NCBI GenBank assembly: GCA_965200815.1
Contig: OZ241387.1
Span: forward strand, 17,112 to 81,111
Direction: 5' to 3'
DNA: 64,000 nucleotides
Source of the DNA: Terriglobus sp.
GTDB lineage: Bacteria; Acidobacteriota; Terriglobia; Terriglobales; Acidobacteriaceae
Both the position numbers and the translations under genes were made by a program. Position 1 is the first letter of the stretch. The number at the start of each line of letters is the position of its first letter. Shown here piece by piece: positions 30,214 to 39,862 of the stretch. The notes under the pieces were generated by a model, which saw nothing but the letters and a program-made list of their open reading frames with translations, ran no database searches and was not told where the DNA came from.

Positions 30214-32395
30214 GGGCGTCTGCCTCCCGGAAGCGGTAGCGCAGCAGCCGCAGAGCATTGAGGGTCACCAGTACCGTGGCACCCGTATCGGCAAGGATGG
30301 CAGGCCACAGACCAGTGATACCGGCTACGGTTGTCACCAGGAAAACCGCCTTGAGGCCAAGCGCGATAGTGACATTCTGGTGGATGTTGGACAGCGTTGC
30401 GCGAGACAGCGCGACCAGGGCGGCCACGTCGACGACGCGGCTGTTAAGCAGTGCGGCGTCGGCCGTTTCGAGTGCCACATCGGTGCCTCCACCCATGGCA
30501 ATGCCTACGGACGCTGCGGCAAGCGCGGGCGCATCATTGATGCCGTCTCCGACCATGGCAACGGGGGCTTCTGTCTTGAGCGCACCAATTTCGCGCAGCT
30601 TGTCTTCGGGCAGCAGGCCCGCCTTCACCTTAAGGCCAAGCTGTCCCGCGATAGCCTCGCCGGTGCGGATATTGTCCCCGGTAAGCATGACCGACTGGAT
30701 GCCCAGGGCATGAAGCCGGCGAATACCCTCGGCAGCATCGGGCCGCAGCTCGTCGCGGACCGCGATCAGGCCGGTGGGCGTGCCATCCACAGAGACGACC
30801 ACCACGGTCTTGCCTTCGCCCTCCCAGGCGGCAACTGCCTGCTTGGCATCGGCGGGCAGGGATGTGAGGCTCGCTGCATAGCTAGGCGAGCCTACGCTGA
30901 CGCATTTTCCAGTAATGACCGCCTCGACCGCCTTGCCGGGGATCGCCCGTGCGTCCTTGGTTGGGCGCAGCGGAATACCGTCAGCCTCGGCGCGTTCGAG
31001 GATGGCGCGGCCGAGCGGATGGCTCGATCCGTTCTCGACCGCAGCGGCGAGGCCCAACATGGTACGCTCCTGACCTGACAAGGCCAAAAGATCGGTCACG
31101 CGTGGTCGCCCTTCGGTGAGCGTGCCGGTCTTGTCGAACGCCACGGCACGGATGCGGCCAATAGTCTCAAGTGCGCCGCCGCCCTTGATCAGCAGGCCGC
31201 GCCTGGTTCCGACTGCAAGCCCGGAAGCAATGGCAGCAGGGGTTGAAAGCACGAGCGCGCACGGGCATCCGACCAACAGCAAGGCCAAGCCGCGATAGAT
31301 CCAGGTGGCCCATTCTGCGCCAAGCAGCAGCGGCGGCACCACGGCGACCAGGGTGGCGACCAGCACCGCAATCGGCGTGTAGATGGCGGAAAAGCGTTCG
31401 ATGAAGCGCGCGGTCGGTGCCTTGGCTTCCTGGGCCTCCTCGACCAGGCGGATAATGCGGGCAATAGTATTATCGGCGGCGGGCGTGGTCACCCGCACCT
31501 GAAGCGCACCCGAGGCGTTGATGCTGCCTGCGAAGACGGCGGCACCCTCAGTCTTAGCCACGGGCACGGATTCTCCGGTCACGGGGCTTTCATCAATCTC
31601 GGAGGTTCCCTCCGTGATGGTGCCATCGGCCGAAACCCGGTCGCCTGGGCGGATCAACACCAAGTCGCCAACCACGAGGCTGGCCGCCTGCACCTCGCGC
31701 GCGGTTCCCTGCTCGATGCGTAACGCGGTCCTCGGCACGAGCGCGCCAAGTGCCTCAATGCCGGCGCGAGCGCGGCCCGCCGCGACGCTCTCAAGCAGCT
31801 CGCCCACGGTAAACAGGAACACCACGACCGCAGCCTCGGAGGTGGCGCCGATGAGGATGGCGCCCACAGTCGCGATCGACATGAGCATTTCGATGGAGAA
31901 AGGCGAGCCTGCGCGGGCGGCGGCGATAGCCTTACGCCCGAAAAACACGAGGCCGACGAGCGCGGCGGGCAGATAAGGCCAATGGTCGAGGGCAGGGACC
32001 GCAAAGGAAACCACGAACCCGACCACGATCAACATGCCTATGAGCGCAGCCAGGCGAGCCTTGGTGCCTGTCCACCACGGCTTGCGCGCGCGAACAGGTG
32101 CTGCCTCTGCGACTTCAGTGCCTGCTTCGCCCGTGACCACGCGCGGTGCCTCGACGGGGGCCACGCCGTAGCCAAGCTTACGGATGGTCTCTTCGACGGT
32201 CGCGCGGGGCGTTGCCGTTTCGTCCAGCCGGAAGGCCAGGACCTGAGCATGGTAGTTGACGCGGATGTCCTCGGCACCGCTGACGCGACCGACTGCCGTT
32301 TCGATCTTCGTAGCGCAGGAGGGGCAGTCCATGCCTTCGACATGGTAGCGCAAGTTGGCCTGCGGCCGGGTCGGGGCGGTGTCGGTATCTGTCAT
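30206..32395 (-). CDS. cadA: Heavy-metal translocating P1B-type ATPase (Cd/Zn/Pb type)
   Basis: HMA domain GMDCPSCATKIE; CPC (LVGCPCALVLSTP); DKTGTLT; GDGINDAPAL. Confidence 0.9.
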   Translation of the reverse strand: MTDTDTAPTRPQANLRYHVEGMDCPSCATKIETAVGRVSGAEDIRVNYHAQVLAFRLDETATPRATVEETIRKLGYGVAPVEAPRVVTGEAGTEVAEAAPVRARKPWWTGTKARLAALIGMLIVVGFVVSFAVPALDHWPYLPAALVGLVFFGRKAIAAARAGSPFSIEMLMSIATVGAILIGATSEAAVVVFLFTVGELLESVAAGRARAGIEALGALVPRTALRIEQGTAREVQAASLVVGDLVLIRPGDRVSADGTITEGTSEIDESPVTGESVPVAKTEGAAVFAGSINASGALQVRVTTPAADNTIARIIRLVEEAQEAKAPTARFIERFSAIYTPIAVLVATLVAVVPPLLLGAEWATWIYRGLALLLVGCPCALVLSTPAAIASGLAVGTRRGLLIKGGGALETIGRIRAVAFDKTGTLTEGRPRVTDLLALSGQERTMLGLAAAVENGSSHPLGRAILERAEADGIPLRPTKDARAIPGKAVEAVITGKCVSVGSPSYAASLTSLPADAKQAVAAWEGEGKTVVVVSVDGTPTGLIAVRDELRPDAAEGIRRLHALGIQSVMLTGDNIRTGEAIAGQLGLKVKAGLLPEDKLREIGALKTEAPVAMVGDGINDAPALAAASVGIAMGGGTDVALETADAALLNSRVVDVAALVALSRATLSNIHQNVTIALGLKAVFLVTTVAGITGLWPAILADTGATVLVTLNALRLLRYRFREADAHG

Positions 32396-32450
32396 AGCAT
32401 GCCTTCTTTCCGCAGCACCTGCCGCCGGTCGTCATGGATAGAAGGTTCTT

Positions 32451-32481
32451 GATATAAACCCTGTAGTTGCTACAGGGTCAA
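32451..32481 (-). promoter_or_regulatory. MerR-type promoter/operator: TTGACC-N19-TATATC with perfect dyad ACCCTGTAG-TTG-CTACAGGGT
   Basis: On the minus strand, -35 is 32476-32481, the 19-nt spacer is 32457-32475 and -10 is 32451-32456. The dyad spans 32458-32478. It lies between divergent cadA and cadR; the cadR ATG is at 32484, implying a near-leaderless cadR transcript. Confidence 0.65.
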
Positions 32482-32483
32482 GG

Positions 32484-32936
32484 ATGACATCAGAAACACC
32501 TTTGAGCATTGGTGCCCTCGCAAAAGCGACCAACACCAAGGTCGAGACGATACGATGGTATGAGCGGGTCGGGCTGCTGCCGGTGCCGCCCCGTACTGCC
32601 GGAAACTATCGAACCTATGGCACGGCCGATCTTGGGCGACTGAGCTTCATCCGGCGCGCGCGGGATCTCGGATTTTCCCTCGATCAGACCCGCGCATTGC
32701 TCGACCTTGCCCTGGACCGCGAGCATTCTTGTGAAGGCGTCGATGTCATTGCTCGAGAACATCTCGGCGAGGTGGATCGCAAAATTGCTGATCTCCAGGC
32801 GTTGCGGCGCGAATTGGACGCGCTGATCGGGCAATGTCGCCATGGTAAGATTGCGGACTGCCGCATCATCGATGCGCTTGCTCCGTCCTCATTGCTCTCG
32901 GAACCTGTCACCAGCCCTAAAATGCAAAAACCCTGA
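32484..32936 (+). CDS. cadR: MerR-family Cd/Pb/Zn-responsive regulator
   Basis: IGALAKATNTKVETIRWYERVGLLP; Cys triad (HSCEGVD; CRHGKIADC). Confidence 0.85.
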   Translation: MTSETPLSIGALAKATNTKVETIRWYERVGLLPVPPRTAGNYRTYGTADLGRLSFIRRARDLGFSLDQTRALLDLALDREHSCEGVDVIAREHLGEVDRKIADLQALRRELDALIGQCRHGKIADCRIIDALAPSSLLSEPVTSPKMQKP

Positions 32937-33014
32937 GTTTTGCAAATCAGGCCGCACGGGGAGAGCCAGAATCAACGGTCAAGCAGATGGGTGTACGGCC
33001 GCTCCCCGGTCCCT

Positions 33015-34004
33015 TCACTCTGTCCCGGATGCGACAACGGCGTCGCGGTCCTGACTACCGAGTTTCGGTATGAGCCGCATGTAGGCGAGCGAGGCCACCA
33101 GTTCCACCAGGGTTTGCATGACGATGATAGCCGGCAGCACGGGCACCGCACCGGGCACCGCAAAGGCCAGTGGCAGCACCACCAGGGCGTTGCGCGTCCC
33201 TGCGCTGAACGCCACGGCGCGGCCCGCCGGTGGTTCGAGGCCGGCAAGCCGCGCTATTCCCCAGCCGAGCAATGGCGCGATCATGGCATAGGCGATGTAG
33301 AGCGGCAGAGCCCGTAACGCGCCATCCAGGGCAAGGCCGAGCTGGGGGGTGACAGAGGCGATCACCACAAACAGCACGACTGCTGTGGCCGGCACCGGGA
33401 GGAGGCCCAAACCCACCGATATCTTTGCCAAGCCAGCATTGCGCGCGGCAATGAGCTGGACGATCCCAGCCAGCACGAGCGGTCCCGCGATCAACCAGAC
33501 GAAAGCGTGCAGGAAGGGACCGGCTTGGATAAGGCCCGCTGCATCATCGCCGAGGAAAAAGCGGAGATAGAGTGGCAGCAACAGCATTTGCAGCAGCAGC
33601 AACGCCGGAGTGGAAGCGAGCAGCAGTCGGGCATCGGCACGGCCGATGTAGGAGAAGGTCACAACGTAATCGACGCAGGGAGCCAGCAGCACGATCAACA
33701 CGCCGAGCCGGATCATGGGATCGGGTGGCAGGAATTGGACGAGGGCAAAGACCAGACAGGGGATAACGACGAAGTTGGCGGTGAGCAGGGCAGCGACGAA
33801 GCGAACGCGGACGAGCGCCCAGCCAAGGTCTGCTAGCGGGACTTGCAGGAAGGTGACGAACAGCATGAGCGCCAAGGCGGGGTTGATGGTGTTTTCCAGT
33901 GCCGCCGCACCGGGCACCAGGAAGCCGACAACGGCACCGACGATCACGGCCACGAAGTAGATGGCAACCTGACGAGCCTCCAGGGCATCGCGCAAGCCAC
34001 TCAT
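33015..34004 (-). CDS. SBF/BASS-fold (ACR3-related) putative arsenic/metalloid transporter
   Basis: About 330 aa and polytopic, with ATG 34004 overlapping the arsR stop (ATGA). Segments such as FSAGTRNALVVLPLA resemble the bile-acid/arsenite symporter superfamily. Substrate is not inferable from sequence. Confidence 0.6.
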   Translation of the reverse strand: MSGLRDALEARQVAIYFVAVIVGAVVGFLVPGAAALENTINPALALMLFVTFLQVPLADLGWALVRVRFVAALLTANFVVIPCLVFALVQFLPPDPMIRLGVLIVLLAPCVDYVVTFSYIGRADARLLLASTPALLLLQMLLLPLYLRFFLGDDAAGLIQAGPFLHAFVWLIAGPLVLAGIVQLIAARNAGLAKISVGLGLLPVPATAVVLFVVIASVTPQLGLALDGALRALPLYIAYAMIAPLLGWGIARLAGLEPPAGRAVAFSAGTRNALVVLPLAFAVPGAVPVLPAIIVMQTLVELVASLAYMRLIPKLGSQDRDAVVASGTE

Positions 34005-34435
34005 GCCGCCACCTGCCGCTTGCGCTGCTTCTGGCGTGTTACCGGGGCGACGGGTTCGCAGATCATCGACGCACGCGACGGCAGACTGCCTGCCGTCGGC
34101 CGCCCTGTACAGCGAGCAAATAGGGAGATGGCCTGGTCGCAGACCTCGCAATGTCCCTCGCAGCAGTCGCGCATGAGGAAGGCCACGAGGTCGGACAGGG
34201 CGGGAAAGATGGCGCTGTAGATGATAGAGCGTCCCTTGCGGCGACTCTCGATAAGGCCAGCGTGTTCGAGGTGGTTCAGGTGGAAGGAAAGGCCCGAAGC
34301 CGAAGCTCCGACCGCCTCCCCGATGGCGCCTGCCGACATCCCATTTGCGCCGACGACGACGAGGCGGCGAATGATGCGAAGGCGGGTCTCCTGCGAGATC
34401 GCCGCAAAGGCTGCGAGAGCTTCTGTTTCCTGCAT
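34001..34435 (-). CDS. arsR: ArsR/SmtB-family regulator with C-terminal Cys cluster
   Basis: ISQETRLRIIRRLV...LSFHLNHLEHAGLIESRRKGRSIIY, then CCEGHCEVC and a ~45-aa extension. Confidence 0.8.
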   Translation of the reverse strand: MQETEALAAFAAISQETRLRIIRRLVVVGANGMSAGAIGEAVGASASGLSFHLNHLEHAGLIESRRKGRSIIYSAIFPALSDLVAFLMRDCCEGHCEVCDQAISLFARCTGRPTAGSLPSRASMICEPVAPVTRQKQRKRQVAA

Positions 34436-34447
34436 ATCACTTCAACT

Positions 34448-34465
34448 ATTCAACAATCATTGAAT
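34448..34465. promoter_or_regulatory. Inverted repeat ATTCAA-N6-TTGAAT, candidate ArsR operator
   Basis: A perfect 6-bp inverted repeat 13 nt upstream of the minus-strand arsR start, in the divergent ars intergenic region. A TTGACA hexamer lies at 34583-34588 for the + operon. Confidence 0.35.
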
Positions 34466-34617
34466 TATCTAGCCTGAGCGATGCTCGGTCTGCAACGGGT
34501 CGAGACTGGCCGAAGGGTGTGGTTACGTTCTTGGTCTGGAAACACGCCTGGCGGCAGCGTCAGTGAACCCTCTGCGGAAGGATTGACATCCTTCAATATT
34601 TCGACATTTGTAGAGAT

Positions 34618-34980
34618 ATGGAGAAATTAGACGTTATCGCCGCCCTCGGGGCGCTCGCACAAGAAACCCGCCTAGATGCGTTCCGGCTGCTGGTGCAGGC
34701 CGGGCCGGCAGGCATGCCTGCCGGTCAGATCGGTGAAAGGCTGGGGCTGCCTTCGGCAACCCTGTCCTTTCATCTGACCCAGCTTCGTCAGGCGGGGCTG
34801 GTGACGTTCAAGCGGGAAGGGCGCTCGCTGATCTATGCCGCCGAATTCGCCGTGATGAACGATCTGCTCAGCTTCCTGACCGCCAATTGCTGCCAGGGCG
34901 ATCCTGCGGCCTGCGGCCTCGATGTTGGTTTCTGCGACCCCTCCACGCTCACCATGACAAAGGGGGGCACGCGCCAATGA
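34618..34980 (+). CDS. arsR: ArsR-family arsenite-responsive repressor
   Basis: LAQETRLDAFRLLV...LSFHLTQLRQAGLVTFKREGRSLIY. A C-terminal CCQGDPAAC motif suggests an As(III) site near the C-terminus. Confidence 0.85.
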   Translation: MEKLDVIAALGALAQETRLDAFRLLVQAGPAGMPAGQIGERLGLPSATLSFHLTQLRQAGLVTFKREGRSLIYAAEFAVMNDLLSFLTANCCQGDPAACGLDVGFCDPSTLTMTKGGTRQ

Positions 34981-35411
34981 CCGTCACCATCTATCACAAC
35001 CCGGATTGCGGCACGTCGCGCAACGTCCTCGGGCTAATCCGCAACAGCGGGGAAGAGCCGCACGTCATCGAATATCTGAAAACCCCGCCCTCCCGTGCCG
35101 AGCTGGTGGATCTGATCGGCCGCATGGGGATTCCGGTGCGCGACCTGCTGCGCGAAAAGGGCACGCCTTATGCCGAGTTGGGTCTGGGCAATCCGAACCT
35201 GACGGATGATGTGCTGATCGACGCGATGATGGCGCATCCCATCCTCATCAACCGACCGATCGTGGTGACGGACCAAGGCGTGAAGCTGTGCCGTCCGTCC
35301 GAGGCCGTGCTGAACATTCTGCCGAACCCGCAACGCGCCGCCTTCTCGAAAGAAGACGGGGAGCGGGTGGTGAACGGGCAGGGCAAGCCAGTCGCGGGGC
35401 TGACCCCATGA
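34977..35411 (+). CDS. arsC: Arsenate reductase (glutaredoxin-coupled ArsC type)
   Basis: MTVTIYHNPDCGTSRN catalytic loop and ILINRPIV. ATGA overlaps occur with both neighbours. Confidence 0.9.
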   Translation: MTVTIYHNPDCGTSRNVLGLIRNSGEEPHVIEYLKTPPSRAELVDLIGRMGIPVRDLLREKGTPYAELGLGNPNLTDDVLIDAMMAHPILINRPIVVTDQGVKLCRPSEAVLNILPNPQRAAFSKEDGERVVNGQGKPVAGLTP

Positions 35412-36481
35412 GTGACGCTGTCGCGGTCGCACCGGGCAAAGCGCCGTCCCTGGGAGTCTTCGAGCGATATCTGACGCTATGGGTCGCCCTGTGCATCGTG
35501 GTCGGCATCGGCCTCGGTCAGCTCGTGCCGAGCCTGTTCCATGCCCTCGGCACCGCGACGGTCGCTGAAATCAACCTGCCGGTCGCGGTGCTGGTCTGGC
35601 TGATGATCGTTCCCATGCTGCTCAAGATCGACCTGGCCGCGCTCGGTCATGTCGGCAAGCACTGGCGCGGCATCGTGGCGACGGTCGGCATCAACTGGCT
35701 GGTCAAACCCTTCTCGATGGCCCTCTTGGGCTGGCTGTTCATCGGCACTCTGTTCCGGCCCTATCTGCCTGCCGACATGATCGACGGCTATATGGCCGGG
35801 CTGATCCTGCTGGCGGCCGCACCCTGCACGGCCATGGTGTTCGTCTGGTCGAACCTGGTGGACGGGGAGCCGCATTTCACGCTGAGCCAGGTCGCGCTCA
35901 ACGATGCGATCATGATCGTCGCCTTTGCGCCGCTCGTGGCCCTGCTGCTCGGCCTGTCCGCGATCACCGTGCCATGGGCGACCCTGATCCTGTCGGTGGC
36001 CCTCTACATCATCGTGCCGGTTCTGGTCGCCCAGCTCTGGCGTCGCGCCCTGATCGCCAAGGGCGGTGAGGCGATGTTGAACCGGACCCTGCGGCTTCTG
36101 GCTCCCTTGTCGCTGTCCGCGCTGCTGCTGACGCTCGTGCTGCTGTTCGGGCTGCAAGGCGAGCAGATCATGCGCCAGCCGGTCGTCATTGCCCTGCTGG
36201 CGGTGCCGATCCTGATCCAGGTCTATTTCAACGCGGGGCTGGCCTACTGGCTGAACCGCAAGCTCGGCGTCGAATGGTGCGTGGCGGGGCCGTCCGCCCT
36301 GATCGGTGCCAGCAACTTCTTCGAGCTGGCCGTGGCGACGGCGATTGCCCTGTTCGGGTTCCAGTCGGGCGCGGCGCTTTCGACGGTCGTAGGGGTGCTG
36401 GTCGAGGTGCCGGTGATGCTCTCGGTCGTCCATATCGTCCGCCGATCGCGCGGCTGGTACGAGCGAGGGGCTGGGGCATGA
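35408..36481 (+). CDS. acr3: ACR3-family arsenite efflux permease
   Basis: [34 protein letters not shown] (conserved Cys), ten TM segments. Confidence 0.9.
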   Translation: MSDAVAVAPGKAPSLGVFERYLTLWVALCIVVGIGLGQLVPSLFHALGTATVAEINLPVAVLVWLMIVPMLLKIDLAALGHVGKHWRGIVATVGINWLVKPFSMALLGWLFIGTLFRPYLPADMIDGYMAGLILLAAAPCTAMVFVWSNLVDGEPHFTLSQVALNDAIMIVAFAPLVALLLGLSAITVPWATLILSVALYIIVPVLVAQLWRRALIAKGGEAMLNRTLRLLAPLSLSALLLTLVLLFGLQGEQIMRQPVVIALLAVPILIQVYFNAGLAYWLNRKLGVEWCVAGPSALIGASNFFELAVATAIALFGFQSGAALSTVVGVLVEVPVMLSVVHIVRRSRGWYERGAGA

Positions 36482-37212
36482 TGGCGGACACTCCCGACGA
36501 TCTACCGGCGCTCGATCGGGACCATAGCCGGTTTCCTGATCCGGCCCGGCTGTCCGGCCCGGTTTCGACGCATCCGCCGCGTATCCTGCTGCTACATGGG
36601 TCGCTGCGGGAACGCTCCTATTCCCGCCTGCTGGCGGACGAAGCCGAACGGCTGCTGGTCGCCATGGGATGCGAAACCCGCCGCTTCGATCCGACCGGCC
36701 TGCCGCTGCCGGACGGTGCTGAGTCCTCGCACCCGAAGGTGCAGGAATTGCGGGCGCTGTCGATCTGGTCGGAAGGCCAGATCTGGAGCAGTCCGGAGCG
36801 GCACGGCACCTTGTCCGGCATCATGAAGGTCATGATCGATTGGCTACCCCTGAGCGAAGGCGGGGTCCGACCGACACAGGGGCGGACATTGGCCGTGATG
36901 CAGGTTTCGGGCGGAAGCCAGTCGTTCAATGCCGTGAACGCCATGCGCCTGCTCGGCCGGTGGATGCGGATGGTCACGATCCCCAATCAGTCGAGCGTCT
37001 CCAAAGCTTTCGAGCTGTTCGATGCGGCGGGTCGCCTTCCGGCCGGGCCGCATTATGAGCGGCTGGTGGATGTCTGTGAGGAGCTGGCGCGGTTCACCTG
37101 GCTGGTGCGGGACAATGCTGTCGAGCTGGTCGATCGCTACAGCGAACGCCTGGAACGGGCCGGAAAAGAGGCTGCCGCTGCCCGCAGCATCGCCGAAACG
37201 CGCACGGGATGA
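36478..37212 (+). CDS. arsH: ArsH, NADPH-dependent FMN reductase family
   Basis: [19 protein letters not shown] and [20 protein letters not shown]; the length (244 aa) fits. Confidence 0.9.
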   Translation: MMADTPDDLPALDRDHSRFPDPARLSGPVSTHPPRILLLHGSLRERSYSRLLADEAERLLVAMGCETRRFDPTGLPLPDGAESSHPKVQELRALSIWSEGQIWSSPERHGTLSGIMKVMIDWLPLSEGGVRPTQGRTLAVMQVSGGSQSFNAVNAMRLLGRWMRMVTIPNQSSVSKAFELFDAAGRLPAGPHYERLVDVCEELARFTWLVRDNAVELVDRYSERLERAGKEAAAARSIAETRTG

Positions 37213-38402
37213 CCTGGCGGACGCCACCTCATAAGGGTGTCGTCGTCTCGGCGCTCGGCGTCACGCAAACCCTGGCCTGGGCCTCGACCTATTATCTGAC
37301 GGCCGTGTTCACCGATCCGGTAGCGGCCGATCTGCATCTAAGCCGCACCTGGTTCTATGGCAGCGTGTCGGCGGCGCTGCTGCTCTCCGGTCTGCTCGGC
37401 CCGATCGCCGGGCGCATGATCGACCGCTATGGCGGGCGGGACGTGCTGGCGGCAACCAACCTGATCTTTGCGGCCGGGCTGATCCTGCTGTCTTTCGCAA
37501 CCGGGCCGATCACCCTTGTTGCGGCCTGGCTGGTGCTGGGGATCGGCATGGGCTTCGGCCTCTATGAGGCGGCATTTGCGACTGTAGCTGGTCTTTACGG
37601 TCGGGAGGCCCGCAACGCTATCACCGGCATCACCCTGTTCGCGGGTTTTGCCAGTACGGTCGGCTGGCCTTTGAGCGCGGCGATGATCGATGCGTTCGGC
37701 TGGCGTGGTGCGCTGCTGGCCTGGGCAGGGTTGCATGTGGCGCTCGGGCTGCCGCTCAACCGGCTGCTGGTGCCCCGCTCTCCGGCCCCGATTGCGGAGG
37801 GATCGGGATCGGAAGCGGCGTCTGCCGGGGTGCCGTGGACGATGATCGTCCTGGCGGGCGTGTTTGGGGCGACCTGGTTCGTCTCGACGGCCCTGGCTGC
37901 CCATCTGCCCCGGCTGCTGGAAGCCATGGGTTCCACGCCTGGTGCAGCGATGCTGGCGGCGTCCCTGGTCGGCCCGGCCCAGGTTGCGGCGCGGGTCGCA
38001 GAATTTGGTCTGCTGCGCCATGCCGCACCGATGATCTCGGCGCGGTTAGCGGCTGGCCTCCATTCGGTCGGGGCGTTGCTCCTCGGAGTAGTCGGCGCAC
38101 CTGCCGCCATTCCTTTCGTCCTGCTGCATGGCGCGGGCAATGGGATGCTAACGATCGCTCGGGGGACCTTGCCGCTCTCGATGTTCGGCTCGGTTGGTTA
38201 TGGCCTGCGAACCGGCCTGCTGGCCGCTCCTGCCCGCCTTTTGCAGGGCGCGGCTCCGTTGCTGTTCGGCCTGGTGCTGGATCGGGGCGGACCGTTTGCG
38301 GCTCTGCTGCTGACGGGTTCGCTGACCGGCCTGTCCCTTCTCGCCCTGTTGCTTCTGAAGACGCCATCACAGTCCAAAGCTTTGAAGCGGATTGCTGGAT
38401 GA
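37209..38402 (+). CDS. MFS transporter, last gene of the ars operon
   Basis: 397 aa, 12 TM segments, with an MFS loop motif [15 protein letters not shown] overlap with arsH. It could be an ArsK/ArsJ-like metalloid exporter, but I cannot discriminate. Confidence 0.75.
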   Translation: MTWRTPPHKGVVVSALGVTQTLAWASTYYLTAVFTDPVAADLHLSRTWFYGSVSAALLLSGLLGPIAGRMIDRYGGRDVLAATNLIFAAGLILLSFATGPITLVAAWLVLGIGMGFGLYEAAFATVAGLYGREARNAITGITLFAGFASTVGWPLSAAMIDAFGWRGALLAWAGLHVALGLPLNRLLVPRSPAPIAEGSGSEAASAGVPWTMIVLAGVFGATWFVSTALAAHLPRLLEAMGSTPGAAMLAASLVGPAQVAARVAEFGLLRHAAPMISARLAAGLHSVGALLLGVVGAPAAIPFVLLHGAGNGMLTIARGTLPLSMFGSVGYGLRTGLLAAPARLLQGAAPLLFGLVLDRGGPFAALLLTGSLTGLSLLALLLLKTPSQSKALKRIAG

Positions 38403-39000
38403 CACTTGGCGTTCATTGCCCTTGCGGCGAAGCCTGGTTGTGTCCGTCTATCCAAGATCCAAGCCAACCTGAAGGTGTTAGCCGTGTTTTCGGTCTGCCA
38501 CTGCGCTTATTGTGCAGTTTTGAGCAAACGGTGGGGTGACACTCAGTAATAAGTCTACAAACCATCCCGAATAGCGGTAGCACAAGTCGACGCAGGCGAG
38601 CCGTTCCGCGCTCACCGCGCACCTGATCCAACTGGCAACCTCGATGACGCCTTGCTTCACCACGCGATCGGGAGTTGCAGGGACGTTTCAGCATCGGCCC
38701 TGCCCCGCTCCAGCTTGAGGTCGGTACCCGGCCCACCCATGCCTACTCGCGTCCAAACACGCCGTTTGACCCCGCAAGCCGTATGGAAAGTTCGTGGGGC
38801 AGGGCCGCGCTTTTCAACCTGAAGCCAACGTATCGAGTGAACTCGACGCCACGCTTCCTTTCAGAAAACAACCACACACCATCCTGGTGCAGGCCCGGCA
38901 GCAGCAGGGCCTGCAATTCGTTTAGGTCTTTGGCGGCCAGATGTCTCTGATAACTTCTGATGCTTGAAGCGCTCCCGCGGAGTGCTAGGTTGATGGTGAG

Positions 39001-39363
39001 ATGCTCAAGGCCACATACCGCATCCTGCTCGTGCTCATCGTGTTCGCCGTCATCGGCGGACCGGTGCTGCATTTTGCTCAACCTGAGACAGCTTCAATGG
39101 CGCCCATGGTCATGGCCGAAATGCCCTGCGACATGGCGATGTCGATGGCTGATGCTGGCCCTGGCGCGCCCTTTGCGCCGTGCAAGGGCCTGACGTCCGA
39201 GTGCGTCAAGCAAATGGGCTGTGTCGCCAATGCAGCCCTGCCGACCCGGATTGTGAACGATGATGTTACGTTCGCATTCAGCCTCGTCTCCTATTGGTCC
39301 ACCGGGTCCGAGATGACCGGTATGGCCCAGAAACCGGAACCCTTTCCGCCCCGAACGGTCTGA
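39001..39363 (+). CDS. Small Met/Cys-rich membrane-anchored protein preceding RND system 2
   Basis: N-terminal TM LKATYRILLVLIVFAVIGG, then MAPMVMAEMPCDMAMSMAD and CKGLTSECVKQMGC. The position and layout are analogous to 45789..46205. Confidence 0.45.
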   Translation: MLKATYRILLVLIVFAVIGGPVLHFAQPETASMAPMVMAEMPCDMAMSMADAGPGAPFAPCKGLTSECVKQMGCVANAALPTRIVNDDVTFAFSLVSYWSTGSEMTGMAQKPEPFPPRTV

Positions 39364-39462
39364 GTCCAACCGGCGCACACCCGAGGTGCGCCCAGTCGAC
39401 AATTGGCTGTTCCACTGCCCGCAGCGCGCCTCACCATAGCGCGGGCCACAAAGGGTTCTCAC

Positions 39463-39861
39463 ATGACCAGCACACGCATACTGGCGGGCGCAGCGGCGTT
39501 CGCTTGCGCCCTCGCGTTTCCCGCCATCCGGGCGCCCGCCGCGGCCTCTGACTACCGCTTCGAATTAGTTGGAAAGCCAAAGCTCGTCGCCAAGAAGGAC
39601 ATAGTGCAAGTCCGGCTCGTGCGCGTGACCGACGGCAAGCCCGTTCTGGACGCCGTCATCTTCGAGAGCAAGGCCGACATGGGTCCGGCCGGGATGGAGA
39701 CCATGACCGCCCCAGTTAACGCCATGCCCCCCAAGGGCGGCACCTACAGCTTCGAGATTGATCCCGGCATGGCCGGCCCCTGGGCGCTGCACCTGGCCGC
39801 CAAGGTACAAGGCGAGGCGGAGACAGTGCGCGGGACGGTCAACGCCGATTTGGTGAAGTGA
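39463..39861 (+). CDS. Periplasmic accessory protein (YtkA/FixH-like beta-sandwich suspected), family member 2
   Basis: Signal peptide MTSTRILAGAAAFACALAFPAIRA. YRFELVGKP...VQVRLVRVTDGKPV and a Met-rich loop (MGPAGMETMTAPVNAMPP). Its stop is adjacent to the cusC GTG. Confidence 0.55.
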   Translation: MTSTRILAGAAAFACALAFPAIRAPAAASDYRFELVGKPKLVAKKDIVQVRLVRVTDGKPVLDAVIFESKADMGPAGMETMTAPVNAMPPKGGTYSFEIDPGMAGPWALHLAAKVQGEAETVRGTVNADLVK

Positions 39862-39862
39862 C

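Noticed and set aside
38743-39081. 112-aa minus-strand ORF (…DLNELQALLLPGLHQDGVWLFSERKRGVEFTRY…) in the 38.4-39.0 kb junction, considered as an integrase or transposase remnant
   Set aside because: I recognise no catalytic motif. It overlaps the + strand gene starting at 39001 and has no SD. It may be a degraded fragment, but I cannot support a call without a database search.
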